Origin: Cercozoa sp. M6MM
Lineage: Eukaryota; Protista; Endomyxa: Ascetosporea
Direction: 5' to 3' (one strand)
Length of the DNA: 64,000 bases
Assembly: GCA_040357565.1 (NCBI GenBank)
Contig: JBDODJ010000039.1
Numbering within the stretch: position 1 is the first letter of the stretch; each line of letters begins with the position of its first letter. The notes under the pieces were generated by a model. That model was given only the letters and a program-made list of their open reading frames with translations. It did no database searches and was not told where the DNA came from. The translations under genes and the position numbers were made by a program. Below, one piece after another: positions 26,497 to 37,748 of this stretch.

Positions 26497-27149
26497 TTAC
26501 GGTGATTTCTGGATGATACTCGACATTGTAAACTGAGGCTGAAACTGAAACTGCATCGCGAAGCTTCCTGTTTTTTCAATACTGTGGGTACACTGGGGAC
26601 TGTAAATTTACAGAACTTGGTACGCCTGACCGACTTCAGAAGGTACTGTAGGGATCCCGGTACTGTAAATATTGCTGTCTGTAGTATATCTACGCTGCAC
26701 ACGAAAACGGAAATACCGCCTGCAGTTCAATTTTACTCAGTGCCAGGTAGCGCGGGTGGTGGTGAAACCTACCTACAGTCTAAGTTGTCACTCAGCGTCG
26801 GCAAGAATCTTGGCGATAACTTCGTCGAACTGCTTTTTCGCCTACAGTATATAATTCACAGGGCAGGTAACTTACATTGCGTAGCGGTGTAATTAAATTT
26901 AAATTAACCTGGGCAAACTCTTCGTCACCGCCGCGTGCACTGCGCAAAGAATTGCGTGGCTCGCTACAGAAACAGAACACGTGTAGTATTGTTCGTACCT
27001 GATGCCAATTTTGGCAACGATTTGCGCACCGCAGAACTTTCCGATCTAGTAGTAACAGTCACTATTAATGTGCCTGAAGCGGACACTGTATACGTAAGAC
27101 ACACGACAAACCAAGAGGTCAAAATGCGGTGCCAAGAAGTTGACCGGAG

Positions 27150-27900
27150 AAGAGACAGCTGTCCCTGTGAAGTGAAGAACGCTTTAAAAGCCTCACTGCG
27201 TAGATTTTGAATGACATTACGAACCTCCAGATCCTTGGAGAAGCACGAACTTCTTGTCTCCCAATAGCCCACGAGATCCTGTCTCCGTGTACTCGAAGGC
27301 GTTTCCTGCGGTGAGGGTGAGGTCGTACCACAACTTGATATTTGCCCTGCATTGTACAGTAAATTATGTTTTAATTAACAGATCGCCAAGTTTCCAAGTT
27401 ACGAAGTAGTAAAGTTGTGCACTGGTGTTTCAAGTAGGACAACGTCGGCTTGCATCAGTTCGTCCGTCAATTCACCCGAAATTGGCATTGCAGAAGGAAG
27501 TGCTCTACAATTTAGGTTTTACGCAGAACTTGAATCCCCAGACTAAATGCAGGCTTACAGACCAGTTTCGGTGTAGCCCTGTGTCAGGTACGGTAGTGGT
27601 GTTAAGCCAACCTCGCGCTCCTATTGTAGTTCACAACGTAAATATACAGTATTACAGGTGAGTCCACAAAAATGCCTTTGTACAGTAATTTGGAGCGTCA
27701 TGTCATTCTTTTGGGCTTGCAGCGACATCCTCTCTGCGAAAGCATTGCCCAGCTTTCGAGACAAACTGCCGTTTTGGGCGCTGCGCGGGGAGCAACGGAC
27801 ATGAAGAACACGCATTGTTCAGTTCACAGCCTAATTAAAAGGAAGTTTGAAACAGTACTCATATCTACCACATTATGTCCGAACATCGTCGGGGTTGGAG
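27150..27900 (-). mobile_element. Probable decayed non-LTR retrotransposon fragment (C-terminal CCHC region)
   Basis: Interrupted frames read ...YLTQGYTETGL*AC...IVEHFLLQCQF..., resembling the C-x2-C...ETVEHFLLxC knuckle of LINE ORF2; many stops; lies between convergent genes. Confidence 0.35.
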
Positions 27901-28114
27901 ATTTCAAACAAACGTAAGTAGTCCTCAGGCAGTCAGGCTTAACGCAACTGAACTGATTATGGTGGTGTACGAAACTACTGGTAGTAAGTTGTCGAACGCA
28001 ACACGAACAGCGCACGCAAGGAAGACGGAACGAAAATCAAAACGATATCAATCACCGCACTCGACTAATGTCGATCAGGTCCGATCAGGACTCAGCGCAG
28101 CTGCTCAGCGCGGC

Positions 28115-28493
28115 CTAGGAACGAAGGTCAACATCGTCATCCGAGTCGGAACTTGAACCGTCGGCAATCTCATTTTCGTCACTTTCCGCGTGATCGAACA
28201 TGATCTCGTCCTCGCCTTCGTCCTCGTCGTCGTCCTCGTCGTAGACGTTGCGGCGACGGCGTTTGCGCCGAGTGGTTTTAGTTTTGCTTTTGGCAGCGTT
28301 GGCGCCTTTCGTTGGGTTGCCTTTCGCCTTGGTTTGCTCGGCTTCCTCTGAAGTTCGGCAATGTTCAAGTCCAAAGAGTGTGCAAACAAGGAAGTACCAC
28401 GCGCGGACTCGACAAACGCGGCGGAATCGTCGAGATCTAGCGATCGCAGCGATGTCACGAATTTGCGGAACTTTAAAAGATAAGGCATAAACT

Positions 28494-28548
<55 letters not shown>

Positions 28549-30806
28549 GAAGAAGAAAGTACCATCGCGGGTTCCTCCACTCGGGTTGCGCGCATCTTTG
28601 CCGTGACGTCTATGGATTAAAATAGACGAAATGAAGTATCCGGGTGAGACAGATGGTACTGCTAGGCCTGCGATCGATAGGCACGTGGTAGGCACGACAC
28701 AAGAAGCAGCGCAGTTTGCACAAGACTGCTTTGAGTGCGAGCGAGGACCCTTCTTCTCTGTGTTCAGTATTCAACACATCCGTATATAGGATCAAAGTGG
28801 ATAGTGAAGGTTACTCGCACAAGAAGGCTCGCGTCGGTGCATGCAGTGCGTCCACCAGCACGTACTACGAAACAATACCAACATGCAATGCACTACAAAG
28901 TCACAAGCACAAGAAATACCGGCTGCTCGTGTGTCCACTGTGTTGCTGCCACCACTGAAAAACAAACAACGAAACAGTTAAAAACACACCTCACTGCGCA
29001 CAACACACACGGCAAAATACCTTGTGCAACAAATAGAAAACATTGCGTCGCATCCAGCAGCCGAAGTCGCTGCATTTCCGTGTCGTTATCGTCTAAAAAC
29101 ACTCTCAGTTAAGGAACACTTGCGTATCAAAGAGCAAACCGAAATGATTCGTCGTCGCAACTCGGAACACCGCCATCAGAGTCATCACGACCTGCAGCCA
29201 GCACAGTACAAAACACACACAACACACAAAGCAAGAACTGAACAAAAGCACGTTTCGAGCGACTTGCTGTCTTCGTTTCGCCGTCGCTTCTTGCAGTTGC
29301 ACCACCGGCGTCAGCATGGCGAGGCAACGCACCGGAATATCCTCGCCTTTCGCCTCAGTTCTGCCTCCGTCGGTTTCGCTTTCGCTTTTGCCGCCGGTCA
29401 AGAGCGCAAAAGCCGAAATCAGCGCCGGACGAACTCCGCCGACGAGGTGCGCTTCATACTTTTGCTGCAGCTGCGAGAGAGACAGAGAGAGTAACAGAAG
29501 ATCGTTCCCGAACAAAGAAGAACAAAGAGTGAAAGTGCAAGCGTGCCCACAGAAGGAACGAACGCGCAGTTTCCGAAACTCTCTCATCCGCCAACAAAGC
29601 AATCGCCTATATCACCCAATTCGTTTGTTTCATCCAACAAACTGGTAGGTCACACAAACACAACATACCGGCGGAACCACCACCTGCGGATGCATCGTGC
29701 CCATCTGAGTGGCCAGTCTGCAACAATATACAAGAAACGCATGAAAATACCAAAAAAAAAGAACAGATAAAACTATCTGCACTACCTCAAACAAATCAAG
29801 GCATTCTTGCGACTCGTTGCGGACAGTTTTCGGTCCAAACAGTGTTTGCTCTGTGATACACCCGACCCGATTTATAATTTTTCGATCAAATTAGCAAACA
29901 AAAGGTTTGTTTGTTTGCTTTATTTTAATTTAAGCACAGACAGCAGAATGTTTTACATTGAAGGAAACGACGCAAGCACGTACAGCGCCAGAAGAGATGC
30001 CTTGAACTATCTTGCCTGAGAACAATTTTGTTTGCAAAAAGCACACACAGACCGAAATCGAAGAAATAAACGCTCCACACCAGTTTTTGCCTTTTTCGTG
30101 TTTTTCTCGTGTCGCAGCGTGCAGCTTAAAAACTTGCGCAGCGCCTGAATCTCATATTTTTCGTGTAGAATGCCAAACAGCAAAACGACCAAGGCAAAGC
30201 AAAGCAAAGTAAAAAAGGCTACAGCGATGGCAGCACTTGTGAACGGGAGATTCTGCGAAGGCAACGCGACCCAGTTTGCCACCATTTTGGCCTGCATTGA
30301 AAAGTAATGTTAAAAGAAGGCCAAGAATAAGGTTACAGTAAAGGCTAAAGGGAGCAAAAATAAGATAGGAAGAAAGGAGGAAAAACTCACCGCACTGGGC
30401 GAACCGAGCATGCGCGGTTCTTTGCCAAACAACAGCATCGCCGCTCGCATGGCCTGTCAGCGAGGAAGATAAGAGAGAGAGAGAGGGGTGATGGAGGGAG
30501 GGTAAAAGGGTACAGCAACTCGCACGACGACGAAGCTGCACTTCAGCGCCGACGGCAGCACAGCTTCGATCATCTGTTTCACCGACAGTGCCTGCTGCGT
30601 CAACTGCCGCACGTTCTGCCCCACACACGTGTCCAAAGTGACCACTCACTCAGTGACCCCACTGACTGATCCACTGACTGACCCACTATCCAGGGAGAAA
30701 CGCTACCGTCAGCGAGGCGCCCAGAGCACCGAAAACCAACAACAAACGCGCCGTGTTCACCGCCTGTTTCAACGCCCGCCAGGCCTCGTACAACTGCGCA
30801 GTGACG
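28115..30806 (-). CDS. Nipped-B/Scc2 cohesin loader, C-terminal part (5' part lost at the gap)
   Basis: RLLLVFGALG; LATQMGTMHPQVVVP (cf. QGLIHPVQCVP); QQKYEAHL; KRRQQVVMTLMAVF; FVAQVVAATQWTHEQP (cf. IADNLACFPY...EPL); LCKLRCFLCRAY; acidic tail. Confidence 0.7.
28495..28547. repeat. (CA)n microsatellite in an intron
   Basis: Direct. Confidence 0.95.
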
Positions 30807-30906
30807 NNNNNNNNNNNNNNNNNNNNNNNNNNNNNNNNNNNNNNNNNNNNNNNNNNNNNNNNNNNNNNNNNNNNNNNNNNNNNNNNNNNNNNNNNNNNNN
30901 NNNNNN

Positions 30907-31528
30907 AAACGGAGATTGAGTTCATTGAGACGTACTGCTCTGATAAGGCGTCCTTGCTGCCCGATGTAGTGGATTTTTTCTCTTGTGGAGGCCGCCTGGT
31001 GTGCCCGAAACACCGTACGAAGTACAACAAGAAGGCAAAGCGCTTCGCCAAGTACATGCGCACATAACAGGACCTGTACGAGCTCCTGACCCGCGAAGAC
31101 GCACTACAACAGCACGAAAACACTGCAGAAGTGGCAGGTCAAGTTGACCCGGACTACGAGAGCCAAAACATGGCTCCCGGGACGCCAAGTGAGACCAGCG
31201 AACCTCCCGCCAAAAGACCACGCCGTGCCGCTGCCAGCAAAGCAAAGACAGAGCTACTACGCCAAAGCCAGGGTGCTCTATTGATGTCAGCACTGCAGCG
31301 CAACTTTCGTTACAACGAAACAGGCAGCAGAGATCGCCATTATCTAAGCACGGTGATGCGAATCCGGCGCTCCAACGCAACAAAAAAAGAGGATTGTATC
31401 ACAATTTTCTTCGAGTTTACGGGATTAGCGGAAGTTCCACGCACTCAGTTATGCACTAATCTTATATGCTCATGCACTGATGATAGTTAGCACGCGTATT
31501 TAAAAGTGGGCTTCAACGCCCCAGAACC
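30907..31528 (+). mobile_element. Partial second copy of the Mutator-like TIR element (other end hidden in the gap)
   Basis: Near-identical reverse complement of 47929-48543, including the TIR at ~31401-31528; internal ORF has an in-frame TAA. Confidence 0.88.
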
Positions 31529-31564
31529 TCTATGTGTGCTACATGTACTAAATCGAAAGGAAAA

Positions 31565-32830
31565 TCAGAGCTGCCGTGCGTCAAGTTTACTCTTGGGGAT
31601 CTGGAAAGCTGGGGCCACCCACCGACCTGCACACATTAACGGTAGCAAAGGGCGCAAAAAAGTGACAGAGAGGAAAAGAGCTACCGCAGCTGCACTGAGC
31701 GCCGGCAAGATCGTACTGCCCGAGTTTTGTGGCACATTTGGGACACACGACCTTGCCCGAGACGCCTACAAGGAATGAACTGAATTAAGGACGCATTCAA
31801 GTGCATTCGGGCACATTTTACCGTTGAAAGGACCGAGGTTGGGACCAGGTTCAAAGAACCACGACTGGCACACTGTGGTATTGTTCCACTGATCACGTCG
31901 CTTCCACTGGAAGGCGGTTTGGCCATTGCCCACCTACAACAATCATCAAGCCCACGTTTACCCTTCTTTACCTGCCAGTGCCGAAAGGTACCTGGTGTTC
32001 GCCGAGTTTGGTATCAAGAAAGATGGGACACCGACATTTCTGGCAGCAAAATACGATTGTGGGTTCTCTGTGACAGACGCTGTTGCTGTTGGTATCATCG
32101 CTGGCATTGTCAGCAGGACTGTCATCACCAATGTCACCGTCAGGATCAACGGTGTCCATACCGTCGGCACTGTTGGACAGAAAGGGTTCGAACTTGTCGA
32201 GATTGCTCTGCAGCACTCCTCGCAGCGACAGCGAAATCTCGATCGGCGAGCCGCACAAAGTTTTCACTTTCGTCGATGTGCGCAGTCGCAGCAAATCAGC
32301 GATCGGCACCCAGACACACTCGCCTTGCGATACCCGGATATCTCGAGCAGCAACGAAGCGAAGAGGCGTCATGTGTATCGTATGCGTCACGTCCTCGCGG
32401 TGCATCCGCAGTGCCGAGTACTTTGGATCACGCAGGCGTTTCTCCAGGATCTGTCGCATGCACACCTCGTCGCTCCGTTGCTTGTGCACCTTCTTAGCAA
32501 AACTTCCGCCTGTTCTCCTGCAGCAAAACACCTCTGAAAACTGGTTCTGTAACCACAGCGCCCCAACGGCCAATCCTACCGTGAAAATTCGCTCGCCAGA
32601 GCATGCAACTCGTCCTCGTCTTCCTGTAAAAGCTCCTTGTACCATGATCTTTCACATCAAAGATCTGTTTCAATCAAAGCTGTAAGTACGGGAACATCGG
32701 CGACGAATTCGGAAAAGTAGGCATTCGAGCGCGCTCGGTCGACACGCACGTGTCGCCACAACAGCACGAGAAACGCACCGTTTTCCGCGCGGCTGAACGG
32801 TAAAATACCAATTGTAGATACTGAAGACAT
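31565..32830 (-). CDS. Fusion: N-terminal degenerate Nudix-like domain + C-terminal Yvh1/DUSP12-type zinc-binding domain
   Basis: C-terminus FCCQKCRCPIF..EH...GQTAFQWKRR..CQSWFFEP..GKVVCPKCATKLGQYDLAGAQCSCGRWVAPAFQIPKSKLD is the Yvh1 zinc domain. N-terminus GILPFSRAENGAFLVLLWRH..FSEF..EDEDELHALASEFSRRTGG..VWVPIADLL resembles a Nudix fold. No HCxxGxxR. Confidence 0.75.
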
Positions 32831-33042
32831 TTGCGCGTGCCGAGGCCTCTAATTTCTCAGCAGAATGACCAAAAGCCAACAATCATCAAAGGCTTTATTT
32901 TTTTAAACAGTAGCCGATCCTGGATCAGATCTCTCATTTTTACTCCGCAGTCCAGTTGATCGGCTGGCTGTGGATAAAACCTGCAGTACTTGTAGCGTCA
33001 CACACTTCTGTCACTTGGCCTGAGGAGGCAGGATAGGAAAAC

Positions 33043-34871
33043 ATGAATGCAGAGACGCCGCTGATTCGCGACAAGGGCGAGTTTTCGGCCGTCGATATTA
33101 CCGAAATTGACGCTTGGATCGATGAGCAACGTGCCCAGCGACGGGCTTTTAGTAGACTCACCCGTTCCTGTCTGTTGAAACCTTTACTTATGCAAATGGC
33201 GTTGTAGTCAACAAGATCCTCTGCGCCTGTATGCTGATCATTGCTGGTCTGGTAGTTTCTAGTCAAAATTGAAGTCGAAGTTCACTAAAATGTGTATGAT
33301 CTTGTTTTTTCTTTGTGAAAACAGCTGGTCGCGGTCGGGCTAACGCAAGAGCCACTGATCGCAATCGGCATCTGGCCTGTGTTGGCGTTTCTCCTGACGG
33401 CAGTTTACACCGATAGTTTCGGCCCAACGGTGAAATTCAATCAAGGTGCCACCGGGCGCATCTTTGGTCCGGCCTTTGTTCCGCCTGGATGGACACAGGT
33501 ACGCGAGCGAATTCACTATTAATTGTGTTTGTGTGTTAGTTGCAAAACACTCTTCTGGTCAGATGTGGGACCCGATGAACTGCTGCGTGGTGTGGCGTGA
33601 GGACGCGACTGGCAACTTTCAGTACTTCCCGCCGCCTGTCATGCGCGGACAAGGTACCTTCTTCCTTCGACTTAAAATGGGACAGCACGAACCTGCTCTT
33701 TCAAACAGAGCACGTGGAAAGCAAGGCGAAAGTGACGGTTGCCGGTAACGGCACGCTCGAGTCCACGTATCAAAGCAGTTAAATGAGTGTTTCATATCGT
33801 ATGTGTGAAACTACTGTATGAATTTTCTTTCTTCCAGTGACGATCTGGTCGTCAACAATCGCGACGAATTGTGGAATTTTGTTCGGATGGTATAAATCAC
33901 CAACTGTTTTTCGGCAAAGATAGCTTCTCTCAAGTATTTACTCGCAGTACAGCTCACCACCTCGTCTTTCGGTGCGTGTTCATGGCACACACACGGAAAA
34001 ACGACACAGTGGCAAAAAAAGTAAAACAATTTGTAAAACAACTTGTCCACCAATGAACGCACAAGTTGTGCTTTTGCATTTTGAGGGCTTCCTTGCAGAT
34101 GAAACTCGCACGGTCACCGATTTCTTGTACGAAATTGACGCCAACGACGCCATTTCGACGCTTGGTGACTTTGCTTGCCACTTTACTACGTGCTGTGGAT
34201 ATTTTGGTATTTTCGCGCAGACGTTGACCTGTCGGAAGCCGGAGAAGTGGTGACTTCGGATGCAACACCAGTCTTTTAGAGTCGTGTTTCAATGCGTATG
34301 TATCGGAATGACAGGTGGAAGAGTTCGCTGGTTGCAACGCGCGTCTGAAAGAGTTCAATCTGAAGAAAGTGTTTGAATGGAACATGCCTTTCCTCGTTGA
34401 AGCAATTCGCTCGCGTTGCCGCGAGTTGGGCTATCTGCACAAAGGTGCTCTTTTTCCTTTACTGCTTTTCTAAGTTGGTTCAGTTGTTGAAGCATCTGTT
34501 GAGAGAGTCGTTTGTTTTTGTGTTTAGTCTCGGTGACTCTGGTATCGGCCAGTGACACCATTCGCGTGTACCGCGACACGCGTCGCGCGCGCCTGTTCGG
34601 CAACTTCTGGTTTCGTTTCTTGCTGCTGGCACTGTTGCCGCCGCTCATGTGTCTCGTGTGGACCTGCTGGCGCTGCGGAGTCAAGCGCTTGTATTTTGCC
34701 GCTCTTTTTTCTGTCCCTCTCTTACAGCATCGCAACTGAGCACTACTTTTTGTTTTCAGCCAAGGCGAGGCGCGTTTCCAGCAGCTCACCTCGGCCGAGC
34801 AGTGGTTCCAGACGCATTTTCACGAGATTCGCACGCAGTCCGAAACTAGCGTGCACGTCGAGCGCAGTTAG
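33043..34871 (+). CDS. Uncharacterised membrane protein, tandem paralog A
   Basis: MNAETPLIRDK...; two N-terminal TMs, VTDFLYEIDANDA, KEFNLKKVFEWN, C-terminal TM; exon structure shared with 35292-37071. Confidence 0.8.
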
Positions 34872-35291
34872 TAGATTTCGCACCACCGCAGCCCTCTCAA
34901 TAAAGAGCCGGGCTCTGTACTTTGGCAGTCGCGTCGAGCGGTGCCTCTGGTCGAGAGTAGCCAAAGAGCCCTTGAAGTCTTTCAGATGCAAACTTGCTCG
35001 AGCATTCCCCGCGAACACACGCCAAAAACTAAAACTTCGAATTCCAGACCTCAACTGAGATTTTATACAACGGGACAATTGTAGTTCATGACATTTGCTG
35101 CATGTCCTGCACTCACTGGCGGATCAGCGATCGAGCCGCGAAAAAAGACGACTGGCAGCCAACGCATGTCTCCTTTGTGCCATGTCGGTGACGTGTCCAG
35201 ACTGGAGTAGGTACTGTGCTTGTACAATTACTTGTACTCCTAGTGAGTAAGGTAGTGCCGTTATCTACTTGTAATCCAGCTGCCGAGTCAG

Positions 35292-37071
35292 ATGCAGGGT
35301 GCGGATGCTGGTATCGACAAGCCTCCGTCACAACTAGGGGCCGATGTCGCGGAGATTGAATCGCGTATCGATGAACAACAAGCACTGCAGCATGCATTTA
35401 GTACCTTCGCTTCAAACACGTGGGGTTGTGACTTATGCTGTGATGAGTGATGCTTGAAATGCGAAAATAGTGTGCAAGATTTGCTGTGTTGGTTTCTTGC
35501 TAATCGCCGGCCTGGTACAGGAACTAAATATATCTGAGTTCAAGTCGTAAGGCTTTGGGCATAGGTTGCTGCGGCTGCAGTAACGCAGCAGCCACTGATT
35601 GCAATCGGCGTCTGGCCCGTCTTGGCGTTTCTTCTGACTGCAGCGGTCACGACGAGTTTTGGACCGAAGCTCAAGTTCGACGAGGGTGCCATGGGACACA
35701 TTTTTGGCCCGGCTTTTGTGCCGCCTGGATGGACACAGGTACCGTACTGTACCCAAGCTTTCCAGGCTATTAATCTTGTTGCTCTGGCCGCACACTTCTG
35801 AACAGATGTGGGACCCGATGAACTGCTGCGTGGTGTGGCGGAACGACGCAACTGGCAACGTGCAGTTCTTCCCGCCGCCTGTCATGCGTGGTCAGGGTAT
35901 AGTTCTCCACTTCTCCGGCATTATATTCTACTCTATTAGTTACAACCAAATGTACCAACAGAGCGTTTGGAAAGCAAGGCGACACTTACGGTTGATCGTG
36001 ACGGTTCTCTCGTTTCAACGTAAATTTTGCTGTTTTGCCTTTTACCCCCCCCCCCCCTCCTCCCGCTTGACTCTGCTTGTAAAGCGATGATCTGATTGTC
36101 AACGATCGTGATGAACTGTGGAACTTTATTCGACTGGTAGATTCATACCTCGCTTTAATTTTCAACAGTTTGATCTCCTTGTGCAGTACGCCTCGCCTCC
36201 TCGCCTCGCAGTACGTGTACATGGCTCGCACACGGAACGTAGACATCGGCACGGCTCACACGGACACGGCTCGCGCAGGGCCAGTGAAAGTATCTACGCT
36301 ATACCCCTGTCGTGATTCAATCATGTTCGTTCTTGCAGCGGAAACGCGCGAAGTCACGGATTTCCTGTACTGCATCGACGCCAATGACGCTGTTTCAGCT
36401 CTTGGTCGGTTTGTTCTCGCTTCTTCGTAAATCTGCCTGTTGAAAGCAACTGCTCTTCTCAGATGTCGACTTGTCAGCAGCGGGAGAACCTGTAGTTTGA
36501 ATCTCTGATGTTGTATCCATTCAGCTCTTCAGTTGAGTGAATGTGTCAGGTGGAGGAGTTCACTGGCTGTAACGCGCGTCTGAAAGAGTTCAAGCTCAAG
36601 AAAGTGTTTGAATGGAACCTGCCATTTCTTGTCGAAGCGATCACCTTGCGTTGTCGCGAGTTGGGTTATCATGATGAAGGTGCGTTTTTATGACTTTCCC
36701 AAGTTGTTTCTGCAGTTGTAGTTTGGCCTGCAGTGAGAGTGGACTTGGTGGTAACGGGCGACTCCATGCGCGTGTACCGTAACACACGGCGTGCTCGCTT
36801 GTACCACAGCTTCTGGTTCCGTTACGTGCTGCTTGCCTTCCTGCCGCCACTAGCGTGCTTGCTGTGGGCGTGCTGGCGCTGCGGTGTCGCGCACTTGTAA
36901 GATTACTACACCTTCTCGTGCTTGTAACCTTCACTCCTCATCGACGCGTTTAATTTCCACAGCAAGGCAGAGGCGCGTTTCCAGTCGCTCATGTCTGCCG
37001 AGCAGTGGCTACAAACGCATTACCACGAGATTCGCACAGACAGGGTCGTCACGGTGCAGGTGCCAGTGTAA
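35292..37071 (+). CDS. Uncharacterised membrane protein, tandem paralog B
   Basis: Exons conserved with paralog A (QMWDPMNCCVVWR, FPPPVMRGQ, CNARLKEFKLKKVFEWN); introns diverged. Confidence 0.8.
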
Positions 37072-37748
37072 CGCATCTCGCGACTCTCTGCCGTGCGATG
37101 GCGTGGGCAGTGACTCGACGTGTGGTTGAAAGTTACCCGACGGGTACAGCGCTGTACCAACGGACGGGAATTCGAAGTTGCAAAGAATGTTTGAAGCGAA
37201 CGGAAGTGAACGCTGTCATGACCGACCGCGACGGAACTATCTGAACGGAAATACGTACTGTAGCTAGTTCAGACTACGTAGCCGAGTTTCCCTGTACTGT
37301 AAACTTACTGTAACTTACCAGTCCTGGGGTGGGTCACAAACGCTTGGAAGTAATCCCGGTGGCCATGGGGTCATCCAACTCCCTTTTGAAGGCTTCAAGG
37401 TTGGTACCTACAGCTTGGTTTTTAATACGGCTCAACTGCTGTATACGACGAATCCGGGGGTGGGCATCCAACTTTCTTTTAAGTACTTCGTCTTCAAAAG
37501 GTTGGTACTTCGCCAAGGCTGCTGTATACCGTACGATATTCTTGCGAGTTCGGTCAGCACCCGAATTCGACTGATTTAGATACGTTACTTATGGCTCCAC
37601 GGTTCGGATTCCTTCATGATCAGTTCGATAAGGTCGAGATATCATAACAGCGGCGCAGCTGCGGGACAAGCTATGCATGTCACCCTGACCTCGTCATCAC
37701 GTCAGTCAAGTCAGGTGTCGCATATCGCGAAAGCTTCCATCGTCCCGT

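Noticed and set aside
37260-37740. Fragmentary minus-strand frame (LAKYQPFEDEVLKRKLDAHPRIRR...)
   Set aside because: Interrupted by stops, with no splice pattern or family I can support; possibly transposon debris
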